Of a stretch of 64,000 nt of DNA, positions 62,468-64,000 are shown piece after piece. The DNA comes from Dimorphilus gyrociliatus. Lineage: Eukaryota > Animalia > Annelida. The stretch lies in assembly GCA_904063045.1 (NCBI GenBank), contig CAJFCJ010000016.1:620001-684000 (forward strand), read 5' to 3'. Made by a program: the position numbers and the translations under genes. The notes under the pieces are model-generated. The model did no database searches. It saw only the letters and a program-made list of their open reading frames with translations, and had not been told where the DNA came from. How positions within the stretch are numbered: position 1 is the first letter of the stretch; each line of letters opens with the position of its first letter.

Positions 62468-63933
62468 TTACATGACAGTATTATTTTGTAGAGTTTGCCC
62501 ACCATCATCATTTTGGACGAGTAGAGTTGGTCTGTTAGGAGGTGCTTGAACGATTGGAATGGTCAGTGAAAGCGGTTGTATAGCGTTCACTTTGTTAACG
62601 CCCCGCGATCTAGTGAGTATTTTCGATGTTTGCGGCATTGGAGTTGATTGCTGCTGTTGTTGTTGTTGTCGTTGAGCTGCCACGAACTGAGCTGTTAGCT
62701 GTTGCGTCGAATTAGGGGTAATCTTTTGAAATTTTTGGGCATTAACGATTGCTATTGGCTTCGGTGAATGCTGTTTTAATTGGTCTGCTTGGGGACTAGA
62801 TGTAGTCGTCTGTTACCAATAAAAAAATGAAAAAGAGAGATCAGTTGCTATTTTTCCATTATATATAGTATAAACCACTTAATTGTATGTTGATAAGCAA
62901 GTGACACAAAAATAGTTAATTATCAACTAATAATACACCTAAGTTGAGACGCATGAAATATGCAATATAAAGCCAAGTGTAATCATCTTAACATAGATAT
63001 AGTGTATTTTGCAAATTATTTACCTGCTTAAAATGTTTAAGTAAGTTGTTCCATTGCAAACCAACCAACTGGCCATTGACCAGTTGAGTGGGGTCTACAC
63101 TTGCAACAACTATATTGACTCCTTTGTTTTGTTGCTGAGCTGTCGTTACTGTTGATAAGTTGGTAGGAACTGTTGTTTGAGGGACGTTATTCCTATTTCT
63201 ATCTCGTTTTAAAGCATTTATATTCAGACTTGTCCCATTTAGATGGAGCATTGCTGTCGAAGTCGTAGTTGGCGAGCCAGATGTCAATTTTTGAGCTATA
63301 CCAATTTGCCTTGTAGATTCGTTTAAGCCAATTTGATTTGATTCCAAACAAAGTTTCCTAGTTAATAAAAAAAATGGAATGATGAATATTGCAATTAAAA
63401 ACAATAAATTGTTCACAATTGGTAATTTAATACTTAATGTCAAATTTGAAATTATTCATATAGACTAGATGCAAAATACATTATTCTTCTATCATATATT
63501 CACTTTTTATGTTAAGACTAATTCTTGTTGTTCCAAGAAGACTTACAAGTTTATGTAGAAAATTATGTGATTTAGATAAGGATTTACATACTTAGCTGGT
63601 GGTTGCATTCCTCCAGACACAGCATCCTTAATTTTTAGTCCACCGCAGCTTATCAAGAAATTATTTGTTGAAGTTAGGGTAATAGACGGAGTCGTAGGTA
63701 CTGGTTGTGGAGGCTTTGCTGGTTTTGGCTCTAGTATTGACTTAGCAGCGGCCCGAAAAAGATTCACTGTTCGGGAGAAAATACGAGGTCCCTTCGGGCA
63801 GTTTGAGCAATGCCAATTATTTGCGGCCAACGGGTATAAGGTAATAGAGGTCGAAGTTTCATCCTCCGAGTCACTGTCGTCCTCATATCGCATATCTAAA
63901 TACCTAGATTGTGGACGAAATGATCTTTCCGAA
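62468..63933 (-). CDS. Last three exons of an unidentified gene (5' part beyond the window): acidic patch, WxCxxC motif, NLS-like PAKKLC, T/Q/P-rich disordered tail
   Basis: Exons 63933-63592, 63357-63024 and 62809-62468 splice in frame (phases 2, 2, 0) with GT-AG sites; TAA at 62470-62468. Composition is typical of nuclear regulators; family not recognised. Confidence 0.75.
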
Positions 63934-64000
63934 CTGTAGAGAAAACATTAAAAATTTAATTCTTTAATTTTGCAGCTTTAATAAAATATTCGTACGGTGA

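Noticed and set aside
62400-62470. Extra spliced exon after the terminal gene's stop (AT|GTAAGG donor overlapping ATG-TAA)
   Set aside because: Would need an intron of about 36 nt, shorter than others here, and gives no convincing downstream exon; the simple stop is preferred.
1-64000. tRNA, rRNA, CRISPR arrays, intact transposase or reverse-transcriptase ORFs, long terminal inverted repeats
   Set aside because: None seen by eye: no cloverleaf with T-loop consensus, repeat-spacer array or DDE/RT motifs. A covariance-model and RepeatMasker run would be needed to exclude short elements.

Overview
AT-rich (about 70% by eye) eukaryotic DNA from a compact-genomed bilaterian invertebrate. Most introns are about 50-90 nt; a lophotrochozoan such as a miniaturised annelid is my guess, not a database result. 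Hand-spliced genes, left to right: an EML/EMAP WD40 microtubule-binding protein (+), a divergent 7TM rhodopsin-like receptor (-), an LRRC74-like LRR/EF-hand protein (+), a complete UNC5 netrin receptor (-, 9 coding exons over about 23 kb plus a long upstream gene desert), an orphan Cys-rich/basic ORF (+), a divergent fructosamine-3-kinase-like gene with a GC-AG intron (-), a glycine-receptor-like Cys-loop anion channel (+), two tandem PhyH-family Fe(II)/2OG dioxygenases (+), and the 3' exons of an unidentified T/Q/P-rich, probably nuclear protein (-) running off the right edge. I saw no tRNA, rRNA, CRISPR array or intact transposon. The most striking unexplained signal is at least 18 perfect non-coding copies of the 11-bp palindrome TATA-C(A/T)G-TATA, exactly the expected Tc1/mariner (Sleeping Beauty-type) excision footprint in a TATATA target. 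Also notable: a dispersed TAGGCCTA palindrome, CTCF-like motifs at gene boundaries, RFX X-box-like motifs near the ciliary/sensory genes, candidate cassette micro-exons in EML and UNC5, and possible decayed coding remnants in two intergenic regions. All counts are by eye and are minima.
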